Shown piece by piece: positions 13,701-26,670 of a stretch of 64,000 nucleotides of DNA. Position 1 is the stretch's first letter. Each line of letters opens with the position of its first letter. The translations under genes were made by a program, and so were the position numbers. The notes below the pieces were generated by a model that did not search any database, was not told the DNA's origin, and saw only the letters and a list, made by a program, of their open reading frames with translations. This DNA comes from Antedon mediterranea (taxonomy: Eukaryota; Animalia; Echinodermata). The stretch is from NCBI RefSeq assembly GCF_964355755.1, contig NC_092672.1:29270437-29334436 (forward strand). Reading direction: 5' to 3'.

Positions 13701-15408
13701 CAGTCCAACATGTACCCTGGAGGAAATTCCAGTTGAAAAAAACAGTTATAAAATTCCAGTTAAAACCAGTTATAAAATTCCAGTTAAAACTAGTTAATTC
13801 AACTGGTAGAACTGGTTTCCAGTAAATAACTAGTTTTAACTGGTATTTAAAACATTTCCAGTACGTTTCTGTCAACAAGTTACAGTTAAAACCAATTTAT
13901 AACTAGAATTTCGGTTGATACTGTATGTACAGTTGTTAACTGGAAGTCAACTGGATTTTTATCCTGGTTAGTTCCTTAGGAAATAGGGGTAAAGTTGTGG
14001 ATTTCTCAACATTTTGCTTATGATACTTACATTCTTCTAGAGTAATGCTAAGCATAAAGTAGATATGACACAGGTGTTTACTAAAAACATTTCAAAATTA
14101 TTCAACTTCAGTTTACTACATTTGGTTTACTCGTTAACCTGTTTCGCAATTAATTCAAGATTTTTAAGAAACTTGAATAAAATACATTTGATCTACGTTG
14201 TAACAAATCAACTGTTATTGTAATAAAAATATGTAGTAACTGAAGTATAATAATTTTGACATTGAAAAAAAAACGAAAGAGAAAGCGATACAGTGTTATT
14301 GATCGAAATTTCTTTAGATATTTATGTATGTGAATTTGTCTCGCAAGAGTGAACAGAAGTTTATAGCTCCAGGTTTTACAAAGTAATGTATTTCCTTTTT
14401 CTATAGCAAATGTATAAAGATGTATGTACCAAAGATGCTGACGAGATTTATGAATCGGTCACGAAAGTTCCAACCGTAATTCCAGACAGTTCAGATCCAA
14501 AGACGCCAGATCAGTTCCTGGAATCGGAACCACTTCCTACAGTCATTGTGACACCGAATATTGGTTTAGACGACAGTTCAAGCTTGGGACAATACAGTAT
14601 TTCCTCCGAATCCAGTCCTTTACCTACGCACAGTGGGAATATTATGTTTCCATCATCGTACGATGATGACGACTACTCCGATACTAGCGAACCAGAATCA
14701 TTCATTCCTAATAGAACAGTCGTGCCACCTACATCGCTTCAAGCGAAAGCTGATTTCAAAACGTGTCGTAATAAGAGTGAAGGTGATCGAGAAACAGATG
14801 AAAAGCGCAACAAATTACTGCTCACTGCTTCGCTTGATTCAGCAAATGTACAAGGAGAAGGGAATGATAACGCATTTGAAAATCCAATTTTACAACAAAG
14901 ATGGGACGTTTTGGCTAAATCGAGAGGCGTGATATCGGAACCATCTGCATCCATAACATCAGTGACAGAAGAGTCACCGAGCAGCTTTAACGAAGAAGAT
15001 GAATTAATTAACGGGCAATTCAAAGCCGTGTACGTCCCTGGATCAGATAGCGACGAAAACGCTGATTTAAGCGATGATGCTCCCGTTAAAAATCCATCTC
15101 CTCCCACTTCTCCGGTTAAAAACGGTCAAGTGTCCAACGGTAAAATCGAAGAACAAAAAGACGAAAAGAAAAACAGAGCTTCTATGACCCGATCTGATGC
15201 TGTGGAATATGATGTTTTTACAAGCTCGGAGAAAGTAAATGAGAAAGTTAATGAGAATAACTCACCGCAGAAGACGGTTATTACATCCTCCCCGAAACCA
15301 GTTCATGATGCTAAAAAGAAGAAAGCGCGTAAACTAAGCAAGACCCTCAGCGGTAAAAGTAAAGTATTGTCAGTTTTTAGGACAAAGAACAAAGATGAAT
15401 CTCCATAA
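7769..15408 (+). CDS. PLEKHG5: Rho guanine nucleotide exchange factor, PLEKHG5-like (DH-PH domains plus a long acidic, Ser-rich tail); 5' end not established
   Basis: In-frame GT-AG exons 7769-7900, 8925-9059, 9697-9747, 9948-10097, 10334-10444, 11289-11438, 11626-11766, 12536-12652, 12951-13092, 13494-13603, 14407-15408. DH motifs QQEAMWEIIFTEASYLKKL, EKLFSNI, PMQRLTKYPLLL and PH motifs LILEGPLKIK, LFTDMLLVTK match recalled PLEKHG5 sequence. Confidence 0.9.
9200..9460 (-). mobile_element. tRNA-derived SINE inserted into a family A MITE
   Basis: Minus strand shows A-box TGGCTTGGTGG, B-box GGTTCAAGTC and a poly-A tail. It interrupts the MITE motif aactagtttgacaaaa, with AGTTT repeated on both sides (9195-9199, 9461-9465). 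Confidence 0.75.
12735..12907. mobile_element. hAT-like MITE (CAGTGGCGTAAC...GTTATGCCACTG)
   Basis: Terminal inverted repeats; related copy at 29908-30122 in the opposite orientation and a partial copy near 30395-30545. Confidence 0.75.
13163..13313. mobile_element. MITE family A (AAGCTCTGTCTACACTATCA termini, internal ~21-bp TATGGTAGTGATATG repeats)
   Basis: About 20-bp TIRs; at least 10 related copies or fragments: ~9176-9580, 15884-16020, 34637-34775, 42524-42620, 44420-44565, 48090-48253, 51079-51205, 53235, 53752-53846, 55742-55880. Confidence 0.9.
13713..13969. mobile_element. MITE-like element with internal CCAGTT/AACTGG repeats
   Basis: Imperfect TIR accctggaggaaattccagttga / tcaactggatttttatcctggtt; internal repeats switch orientation mid-element. 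Confidence 0.6.
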
Positions 15409-17329
15409 AAGATGGGCAGTGACACCTAACCAGTATGTAAGTACAATAAATTATTTGCCTCCAAATAAAGACAACTTTAAAAAGACAAGTTCATTGACCT
15501 TGTCTCTAAATATACAGTAATTTGAGGTCCCTGAGACTATATTTGTACCACTTGCTCTCAAGCCAGTATAATATATTACATATATTTTCATATTTTCTTT
15601 CTAATTCTATCTTTTCCAGGCTGCGACTTTGTTGTTAATGATACACCAGGATGAGCAAGTTGAACTTAAAAAATCATCAGTTAGGTCAAAATTAGTAGGT
15701 TTTCTTCAACTGCAAAAGATTATCTTTGAACTAGAAACAATTTTTCAGGAAGTATGAAATACACATTGAACTATGGAAAATTTTCCATAAGTGATAACAT
15801 AAAGATGTTATAATATCTTTATGGTGATAAGGACCAAGATTGTGTGTTAATTTTGTTCGGCTGTTCCTGAGAAAAACCTATTAAGCTTGTCTACACTATC
15901 GAACTAGTTTGACAAAAAATGTGTGATGTACCAAAATGTGGTAGTGATATTCCCAATTATGGTAGTGATATGACATCATTTTTTTGGTCACATAAAGTTT
16001 GATAGTGAAGACAGAGCTTTAGGGAGCTTTTTGATTTACAAAGAGTGACAACCAAACTATGTGCGCATGTGGAGATAATGGGATGTGTGTCCTTGCACCC
16101 CACATCGACACAGGTTTCATGGTTTCTACAGGTAGGTTCATATTTACTTAGAGTTAGTAATAAATATGACTTAAAGCAAAATAGCTTACTCAAAGTTAGA
16201 TGATTTTTATGATAAGCACATATTGATCAATCTCACCCTGGATGTGTATGATATATATGTTTAAAATGCCTTATGTTATCTCTTTTGTACTTTTCATATA
16301 ATTATAGAATAGGCTACTACTTAGCCTTTATGCCTACTAAATGCATGTCAAAGGTCAATGGGACTGGATCTCCATAGTTAGGAAATTAATGTGTCCATTA
16401 ATGTTTTTATGGATATGAGGTTTAGCTGAGAGTTAATTTTCCTGCGTTTTATTTAGGAGGATGTGGCTCTTAAAAGTAGTACACAGGCTTTACAAAAAAA
16501 ATATGTAGAGCAATTAGAAAAAAACAGATATATACTGTTTATATATTTTCAACTTCAAATCTCTTGGACATTAATATACACAAGTGTTTCACACATTATT
16601 AATTAAACAATTCTAATTGTTTACATACAGTGTGTACTTCTCATTTTTTATTTCATTATTCTAATATTTTCATAATTCTCTTGTACATACACAAAATTTG
16701 TAAATTGTACAATATTCATTTTCTTATTGAAATATTATTACAACAAGAAAGACAAAATATACATGGTCGATGAATTTTGATTATGTGCAATGAAAAATGC
16801 CGACCTCATAGTGTACAAACATCAATCAACAATTCCACAATGTGAAAATTCATTTTATAACTTATAAAATACTAAACATATAGGTATATTTTAACTGAAA
16901 TAAGGTTCAGTTTATATTCACAATTTGTATTTAAAAATTATCGTAGGGAACGTTATGTATAATTAGGTATATAAGAATGTTATATTTAGTATGGTTATTA
17001 ACTTATGTTACATAGTTTCTACATTTTATTTATTAAATTTGTTTATAATCAACTCTGTATAAAATAAGATAATTATTGTGTGTATACAAAAGTTTATAAG
17101 ATCAAATTATTTGTACTTAAGTTAATTAATGTAAATCGTTAATATTAATTATAATAATAATAGCTACATGTATGTAATATGTAAGATATGTAAAAGACAT
17201 ATATTGTATATATGTCAGTATTCGATTTGTTAACTTAGTATAATAAATGTCAATCAAATGTAGAAAATGCAGTACATTTATTGTAGACCTATGCTTCTGT
17301 TTATAAGATTGTACAATAAATTAATATTG

Positions 17330-17692
17330 ATTATTGATACATTGGTGAGTATTTATACACTGATTAATATTGGTATATTTATTGATATTGATATATTGAT
17401 TGATATTGGTATATTTATTGATATTGATATATTGATTGATATTGGTATATTGATTGGTATTGATATATTGATTGTTATTGATAATTTGTTGGAATTACTG
17501 TATTTATCGATATTGATATATTGATTGATATTGGTATATAGATTGGTATTGATATACATTGATCAATAATATATTGATTATTAGTGGCAGATATCAATAT
17601 ATTGATAATTGGTATTGATATATTGGTTATTATTTATTGATATCAATATATTGATTATTATTGATTGATATCAATATATTGATTGTATTGGT
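17330..17692. repeat. Low-complexity ATTG/ATATTG repeat
   Basis: Degenerate microsatellite; generates the spurious Ile-rich ORFs on both strands. Confidence 0.9.
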
Positions 17693-19490
17693 GAAATTTT
17701 AGTTAAATAGAATAATAAATGATATATTCAATGAAATGCTGTTAATTTTCATATCAACCAATTGTAATCAATACAAATGAAAATGATGATTCATGTGTTT
17801 GTGTATATGCTTATAGACATAGTTATTACGACAGTGTCTAGATAGTCAACAGTGATGCAATAACTGTTAATGTATGGTTAGGCTTCATCATAATAGAGAT
17901 CTATCTGGTTTATAAACAATAGAGAAATACACAGATTAAGTAGGCCCTTTAGTGTATAAAACGTTTAATTGGAGGGACTGAATTCAACTATGAAGTCTAG
18001 GCCTAGATCCAATTTTGATTGATCGATTGTTTTTAATACCACTATTCATATTAATTCAGCATATTTGCTGTGTTATAACATTTCGGTTATCATAATGACA
18101 ATATAAAAATTGTAAATAATAATATGGTATACATAAATTTATACTTTAACGTGTACATGAAAATTTACAGAAATTATTAATTTAATTACTTGTTTTGTAT
18201 CTCAGCAATCACAAATGACAAAAATATATATACAATTGTTCCACATATGACATCTGCATTAATAATCTGTAAATTACACAAAATGACTGGTTTGTACCAT
18301 GTGAGTGTACCTAATTGGACTGTATTAATTATCAAAACTGTATTAAAATTTCCCCAGTATAATATGCAAACTCAGTGATACGGCATCATATGTGAAACAT
18401 GTATAACAAGGTATGTAGCATACAACCTAATGAACCGTTTAACCTACTGTAACAATGATGGACATCACATGTGAAGCATATTGGATCTTGTATTTCGGAA
18501 TTCGCCTATTCTGCAGAAATATTTCCATAATGTGGTAATACAGCACTAAGAACGATGTTTTGAATTTTTGGTTTATTCTATTCTTTCTTAAAACCAATTT
18601 GTATTGTAGCTAAATATCCTTGTATTCAAGAATGTAGGTGGGTTAAACGGAGGTGGGAAGCTGGTAAAGTTGGAGTGGTGGTGAATTACATCCCCTTAAC
18701 GTCCCTCCCTTCCCCCCCCCCCCCCCACTCTTCACTTGGCAACTTGAAACACTGTGGTACAGTCATCATTTTTTTGTTAATTATTTTCTCTCCAATAATC
18801 CTATATCATGCAAGAAATTTACGTATTATCTTCTCAATATTTGTCATCCTCCTGCGAAATCTTATATTATGGACAGATTTCACTAACCCCTCTCCATATT
18901 CTTGTTGTTTCCCATGCAATGCATTTCCAGTTTACTATTTCCCATTCGGTACCATTTTTTGTCAAAGTGAATAATTTTTAAAATTTTATCTTTAACTGTT
19001 GTTTGTTTTCTTATTTATATACAGAATGTTTGTACTTGTTTAGAATTATTATTAAAGTTACTACAATAAATTTGTCATTTATATATACAGTTAAAATACT
19101 AGAGGGATATTCCATTGCTGATTCTCTTTTTTTATTTACTGTAGCTACTAAAATATTTCCTGTTTTGAAACGTGTTTTTTGTTCGTTGTGTTAAAATTAG
19201 TTTTTGTATTTTTAGTTTAAACAATGCTATTTTTTTAATTCAATTTAAATTCTTGAATTTCTATTTTATAAGTAGCTTACTGTGTTGTTGAAATCGTGAC
19301 AGAGTGTTATTAGAAGGAATATGAAGACAGTAATATATTTTGTAAAACACGTTTATACATTTTACAACGAACTATCAACAGACCTTCAGATCATTGTATG
19401 TAAATAAATTTCGAAAACATTTGAAAAAATTATTATTTTCGTCTTCGTTGTTACATGCATTTCCATACATCGCCGTCGCCATTTTTCAAT

Positions 19491-19733
19491 ATAGGGACTT
19501 TACGAAACACGACGGTTACGGGAGGACGACGGATATCCTGTGTTTGCTAGACTGTAAAATCATATACAGTCAACATAGACGACCGCAGTATATCTCTCCG
19601 ATCCCTCCCCTATCGTTCTCAAAAAGTTAAGACGACGCTAAGCTCCGCCCACTTTGTTAAAGCTCATGCATAATTCATGAGCACCACCATCATATGGCTT
19701 CCCGTCCTGCGCTGTGTTTCGTTAAGTCCCTAT
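19491..19733. mobile_element. MITE with AGGGACTTxACGAAACAC TIRs flanked by AT
   Basis: 18-bp TIR with one mismatch and AT on both sides; superfamily (ISL2EU/Harbinger-like) is inference. Confidence 0.75.
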
Positions 19734-20027
19734 TTTCGTTTGCCGTCGTCGTCATCGTTGTTACCACCGTTGTTACGTTGTTAGTAAAATACAATTATAC
19801 ATTTTTATAATATATTTTAATTTATGTTTATTGGTTTATCCAAACAGCAATAACAATATATATATTTCTCATAAATGCCTACTCTGTAATCATTGCGTAT
19901 ATTTTCTTCTTTCCAAATGATTTTACAATATCAATATAGCTGGCCTTATAGACCTACTGTTATGAAGTTATGAAGCTATGCTATACCTGCAATGAGAATG
20001 AACCAAAATGATATAAATATATACAAG

Positions 20028-20260
20028 TCAACGCGTTGACCATATAATCGTCATTTTGACGCGCGCGTTCAAAGGTATCATCCTCATGTTGACGCGCGCG
20101 TTCAAAAGTATTATTCTAATTTTGACGCGCGCGTTCAAAAGTATCATCCTCATTCTGACGCGCGCATTCAAAAGTATCATTATTTGGACGCACGCTTTCA
20201 AAAGTAAATACCATTTATTTTTATTTAAATGTTCAGTTATAAGCATTTTAACGCGCGGGT
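20028..20260. repeat. 33-bp CpG-rich tandem repeat (TTGACGCGCGCGTTCAAAAGTATCATCCTCAT)
   Basis: About five copies with period 33; explains ORFs 20028-20372 and 20056-20382. Confidence 0.85.
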
Positions 20261-20491
20261 ATAAATGTACCATTAATATTAGTTGCATTTTTACGTACGT
20301 ACGTAAGCAACCAATAACATTTTTAATTAATGTGGGTGCGCAAAAATCGTCATTGACAATACGACATATCATTATCAGATAAATATTTCACTTGAATATA
20401 AATTAAAGCAATGTAAATACATTTTGTTAATATTATACATAATAAATTAGCTTTTATTGAACAATTATATTTATACAAAGAGACAAACTTT

Positions 20492-23400
20492 TCAGCTAGA
20501 AAAAGAGTAGCTTGGGTCTGTGTTGTCATCTGAAGCAGAGTAGAATTTTACTTTATAGCCAGGCAAGATGTACAGTGTGTCGTCTGGTAGACACTCACTG
20601 TCCCAAAGAACCTAGGAAAAGAAAAAATAAATTGATATTAGTTTTTCAAAGTTAAAGATATATTATCCCTCAAAAACATGAAAAATGAAGATTAATAAAA
20701 TCAAACTTTGAATAGGCCATGCTGTAGTTAATCACTTATGTAGAAAAAAAAACCCGAAAAAATAATTGTTTTCAGTTATAAAATCACAAAACGATTAAAT
20801 TCAACCAAAAACCCATTGACTTCCTGTCAATTTTATTTCTTTTTTTTGCTTTAAATTACAGTTTTTTCAGATAAATATAAATCCAATTTTTGGTCAAAGT
20901 GAATAACTATTATTTGGAATTAAAATGACATATTCAACAACAACAAAAATTAAAAACAGATATTTTTTTCAGAAGGGAAAATATATCTTTAAACATTATG
21001 ATACATCGAACACAAGAAACAGCGATGGAAAAATCCATAGATACAAAATGGATTCGCGCGACACCTAGTGGATGTAGGCCTATATGGAATGAACGATGTT
21101 GAATATTAAGAGCACAGGGGACGGGCACGCATGTGACCGTGAATAGAACAACGGGAAACATTACATTTCAATTTAATTCTATACAGAAATTGGTAACTTT
21201 CTAGGTGCGTGCGTGACTACTGTCATTTCTGACCTTCTTATCATCATTATATCGTCCTTCAAAATGAATATTATGCTGTTGGTCCCATATGTCTAATTAT
21301 GACAACGATTCATCTTTAAGTGCCAGTACAGCTTCAGAATAAGACTATTATATATTAATAATAATTGTTATTGACGTATGAAATTGAATATAATTATTAG
21401 AACAATACCTAAAGGCTATTTCAAGGTACGTTCACACGACCGAACCAATTTATCAATTAAAATCTGAGGTTACCATTCAAACTCAAGTATTTTAATTGCT
21501 GATGACGTCAGCTATACTGGTACCTTCTTTTTGTTGTTAAACTGCTACTAATTTTACAGATCATTCGATTATTTATAATTACTTCAGCGGTAATGAATAG
21601 ATTGGCCATTACTTACTCGATTTTCAGTATCTATAATTTCTATGGTTATTGCGTCGTTGTGTGACGTCAACGGTCCAAGTTGATCGATTTCTTGACAAGT
21701 TCCTGTTGCTTCTTTCAATGTTACTGGTACACGGTTTGTTGGTTCTTCAGATTGGAAATTGATGGCCAACCGACTTAGAAGACTCATTGTATTGAACATT
21801 GGTGGCACGGCGAAGCTGAACGTCCGTGATGTTGACGGCAGAGCAGTGATTACCGATATCGAAACATCTGACTAAGTAACCAAACAAAAAAGTTTTCATA
21901 TGTATGCGCATGCGTAGATACTTTTTATTTCTGGGCGTTCATTCATGGTGCGCATTTTGACACAGGTTTGATGGCGACGACCGACAACATATCGATTGAC
22001 CCTTAGGTCGTCGGTCTTCGCAAATCGAAACCTCCCTAATTTATTTATTTATTTAAAAACATATTTATACAGGATAAAAACATATCAGGTATAGATGTAT
22101 CACATTTACATATGGTCCTGTTTATAGAAAATAAAAGGTTACAACATGCATATAGAATTCTTTAAAACTTGTAAAAATAGTAAAATAACAAATTAAGTAA
22201 AAAATATTGAAAATACCAAAAGAATAAAAAGAATTTGTAAAAGACAGACTGTGACTAAAACCGAGGCAAGAAAAAATAGTTTAATATATAATTATAATGA
22301 ACGGTTTAAAGTTGTTTGATTATCCCAAAATAGAGATTTCGATAGGAACCTCTTTTTCAAATTCTTTAATGCTCAGGTACAGGCATGAATTTTAAATATA
22401 ATTTCTGGTTTACTGTACATAAATCAAATATTTTTAATAGAAATCAAGACGAAAAAAACATGAATTTCCCTTAAAATGGTCAAATACAAAATTTGCCAAA
22501 ATCCTGCCATAAAAACCAGGAAGACTTTTTTTCAGTAGTTAGATAGTTTAACATAATGTAATAACATGTCTGGTGACTCCCTAGAAGGTAAAAAAAGATG
22601 GTGGATATACGGTGGATAATTTTTGCTATAGCATAGAAATAAAAATCTGAAGTAGAATAAAAATACATGAAATGTAAAATACAAGTTATATTACCATACT
22701 TACCAAAGGTTTTGGGAAGGCGTGCATAGAAGGCAAGAGTGGTCCAGGAAGATCCGGGCTACTCAGCGGTGGTGATGACATTATATTTGGTGGCATCGGC
22801 ATAATATTTGGTGGCATCTTCTTTAATTTATTTTTCTCTTCCAACATAGACGAAAGAAGTGAAATGGATTTTAATGACGGTTTAATAATCTGGTTTGATC
22901 CTCCTTTAGTCTGATGTTGGGGTTCTAGTTCAGAGTTAGTCATAACTGGCCGTTGTTTGTTTGGTAGAATTTGTCTGTTCGTCGCTTTATGTGCCGCGAG
23001 TAGAACGTTCCGTAATACCGTACCATATTCGGACTGAATAAGAATGAAATTGTTATATGTTAATAAATAAATATGTTTAAAAAAATGAATACGCTAAGAA
23101 ATTAATACGCAAAGTGAATGTGTTAAGAACATTTAAAGAGATGTATATGTTAATATGAAATGAATATATTTTTAGTAATAAAAGAAAAGGCAAATTTTAA
23201 TTAAATTGTACAATTTCAAAATTGAGTAATAAAAATATTTAAATGATAAGTTGACGTCTTCGAGTTGGTAACCATATTTTTCGACTGTGTTGGTATAGGC
23301 CTACTTTCTTCTTATGTTTACATCCAGTGGTGAGGCTATTATTTTCAGAGGGTGGGTATCGCTTTCTCTATCCTTTACGCAACGCAAAAATAATATTAAA

Positions 23401-23693
23401 ACCTGTGCATGAATACGGATTCACCATTACCAATTGTATTGCACTACAGAACAAAATCATTTTTTTGTAACTCTAGCACTCAATTTGTATATAAGCCTTA
23501 CCTCAGTGTATGCTGTCTACTTTAAGTAGGCCCTATTCACACATACTCTTACCTCAGTGTATGAGGTCTACATTAGGTAGGCCCTATTCACACATACTCT
23601 TACCTCAGTGTATGTAGGTGCGCCATATATTGACAAGAACTTTCCAAAGAAACAGACAATCCCAATGATAGTTGTTAAATATACTGAAGCCAT
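20492..23693 (-). CDS. Uncharacterised secreted protein, 264 aa (signal peptide, Pro/Met-rich linker, compact C-terminal domain)
   Basis: Four phase-0 GT-AG exons 23693-23604, 23033-22704, 21871-21617, 20611-20492 join into one open frame starting MASVYLTTIIGIVCFFGKFLSIYGAP and ending DDTLYILPGYKVKFYSASDDNTDPSYSFSS*. AATAAA lies about 35 nt after the stop; probable non-coding first exon with donor at 24862. Confidence 0.85.
20652..20992. mobile_element. MITE family D (TTAA-AGATATATT...AATATATCT-TTAA)
   Basis: TTAA-flanked TIRs; related copies at 46089-46376, 52407-52690, 54030-54306 and a fragment near 31140-31220. Confidence 0.8.
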
Positions 23694-25196
23694 CTAAATA
23701 AAACAAAATGTATAACAGTGCATTGACAATTATGAAGGGTAATGTTTTAAAACTTGGTTCTCACTAGGACGCAACGCACTGACGTAAATTCAACACAAGC
23801 GGATTGAACGATGACCAGCGGCGATAGTTCAGATAATCCATCGCTTTTCGTTGGTCAAATCACTTGCGTTTACGTCCTTGTGTTGCGTTTACGTCTTTGC
23901 GTTGCGTTTACGTCATTACGTTGCGTTTACGTTCTTGCGTTGCGTCCTAATGGGAACCAACTTGTTTTAAACCCCAAAGGTGTTAACTTTACATGGGTTC
24001 TACTAAAATACGTTTGTAAGACTTAGTAATTTAAGCCAACTTTTTATTACAGTACATGGACCAAAATTATGGAATAACTTAAATGAAATATAAAACAATG
24101 TGAAAATGTAAAAATTATTCAGACACCGAATTAAGTTTATTTTTCTGGAAAATTATAATTCATAAATGTATTAATATCTTGCCACATTACCTTTTTATAT
24201 CAAATCTTATTTTGGTATTTGGTTTTTATGTTTTGTTGGTCTTTCTAAAACAGGCCTTTGGCCTCTAAGTTTGATCCAAATTAATGACATCTTTATTTGT
24301 TTATAATGTTTATTGTTGAAGTTTTCATTAATTGGATAAATGTGATATGATACTGATACTAAAAGATACGGTACGTTTAAAAGATCGATGAAGGCGATGA
24401 CAATTACTAGGCTCTGATAGCAATGTACAATTTACACGAAGAGAGATTATAATATGCGATACATTAAAAAAAATCCTCTGTATAATAAATAATTTTTGCC
24501 ATTTGTAAGTAGGCCTAATATCGACAGACTGCGCTCACGTAGGGAGGGACAATATCTCAAATGTTGTGATTTCACTAACATAAAAATACATAGTCTAATT
24601 GTAACACAGGGAAAGTAACCAAATAATTTACGAAAAATCAGGCCCGTAAATTAAGCGAACGTATTAAAATCTCTGTCCTGGAATAGTAATCGACTTAAAT
24701 ATTGTTAGAATAGAAGTACAGGTTACATTCATACAAACACTAGTGTGAAATCGCAGTCGTATATTGAACAAAATCGATTGTATCTTGGTTGCTGGCAAAA
24801 AAATGAATAGAAATTGCTAAAAATTATTCGAAGAATTATTAAATAAAAGATAAACATCTTACCTTCTTCAAAACGAAACCCAAATAGATTTTCAACAATT
24901 ATATTTTTCTAACAGCAAATATTGTTTAACACGAGCACGGTAACTTTTAAGACAAGTGTAATAACTAATCTACGAGCTGTTGTTCTTATAGTTTACCGGT
25001 CGCCTTGGATCTAGCCAATTAGCAGTTTCGTCCGTAATTACGATGCATAACCTCAATTGCCATTACATACACGTGGTTTATATTCACGTATTAGAGCAAC
25101 GAAACATTTTGCAAATTAGTTCGGTCATGTAGTTTTGTATCAACAACAACTTGTCTTTGGAACAATGAATAGCAAGGATAATAATATGACGTGTGT

Positions 25197-25513
25197 TTGA
25201 TTGATTGATTGACATATATATTTATACTGGGTAACCTCTTCAGTCAAAGACTGATCTCCAGAAGGGCCCAGTTGGTGATCAGTGGCTGTGATGTACTAAT
25301 ACACCAGGGTAACCCCCTACTCTTCTCGAAAGATGTACTAGGTTCTTTAAAGTGCACACGAGCTAGATGTGTACACTGGACCTACGGTTTATAGTCCTTA
25401 TCCGAGAAGACTCGTTCTACCACCAGAACCATGGAGTGAGTGAGCCTCGAACCCCTGCCGATGTTATGGCTACGTAATATTACGGTTCCACTGTCTTAAC
25501 CGCTCGGCCACTC
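25197..25513 (-). mobile_element. tRNA-headed SINE with a Deu/Nin-like central domain and (TCAA)n tail
   Basis: Minus strand: A-box TGGCCGAGCGG, B-box GGTTCGAGGC, core CGGATAAGGACTATAAACCGTAGGTCC...TTTAAAGAACC...GAAGAGTAGGGG...CCCTGGTGT resembling the recalled DeuSINE domain; diverged second copy at ~49180-49397. Confidence 0.8.
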
Positions 25514-26670
25514 ATTCACGTCACACACGTACGCGCGCGTAATAAAAAATAAGATAGTTTATGCCTACCAAGCCTAAATTAAGAATTGTCTTCCGTGTGG
25601 ACAAGCCGAAGTTGTACTAATCAAATGGATTTGTTCTAATCCAAGCTACTGTAATGTGGACAAGTGTTAAAAATTAAAATAAGACAGTGGGAAAACTTGC
25701 AATAAGATGCGTTGTGCATGGCGAGAACGAGGTTGAAGAATGTAGAATAAGCGTAAGTTGTGTAGGCCTAAATTTAGAAACGGAGGAATAATATATACAG
25801 AAGTTGTCGGGAATTTTTTAACTTTAGGTCCGATCGTCATGGTTTGGTATCGACAAATAGTAGGCCTACAAATGAGTAGCCTCGCATGACGCAAATGTTT
25901 CATATATACTGGAAACTATAAACTTTAAAATTGTAATAAACGATCCGGTCATCAGTATAGGTTCAGTAAAATATCATTTACGGACGATAAGAGTTCAATA
26001 TTGCAATTAACGCCGTTACTACAATCAATTTAACAAAACAAAGATGAAATTAACGGATTGAGTGGGCGTATAGATATTAAAGCTAGTTGGGCCACGAATT
26101 ATTAATTTGTATAGTATGATTCCGATGTTTTAATCCGTGGATGATACTGGTCGATAGAACGCGTGGTAGAAAACGAAGTCGGTAAATTTACGAAATGAAC
26201 ATTGATTGAATTTATATTGCTGTTGAAATTGCAATGGGATTCGCTAATGTTTTAATATAAGGTAGATTTAACAGTACCGCCTACCATAGACATAGATAGG
26301 CATAGACATAGATATACTTTATTATCACATAATAAATATAAAATGTGAGACTCAGCTCCCCGTTACATTTGTAATAAAAACACCATATAAAAACATCAAA
26401 ACAGAGAGAATAACACCAAAAGACAAAAAAGATAGAAAGATAAAAATAGCAAGTTCCTATATAAAAATATATTGTAAGTATTTTAATTGTATTGAGTAAT
26501 AAATAAATCTACAATCCTATAAAATGCACTTATTCACGGGTATTGAGTAATAATTTAATATAATTAAATTATTTATTTTAATTAATATTATACAATTACA
26601 TTATAAAATTAGATATAAGTCAAATACATTGTAGGCCTATGTCACAGTTCATTAAAAGTAATTACAGTAA

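Noticed and set aside
14633-15107. Overlapping ORFs 14633-14932 (+) and 14739-15107 (-)
   Set aside because: Shadow frames of the real RhoGEF terminal coding exon.
18640-18970. Coding-like stretch on the minus strand
   Set aside because: Interrupted by stops with no recognisable motif; at most an old transposon relic.
20028-20382. ORFs with LTRAFKSII / LNARVKM repeats
   Set aside because: Products of a 33-bp non-coding tandem repeat.
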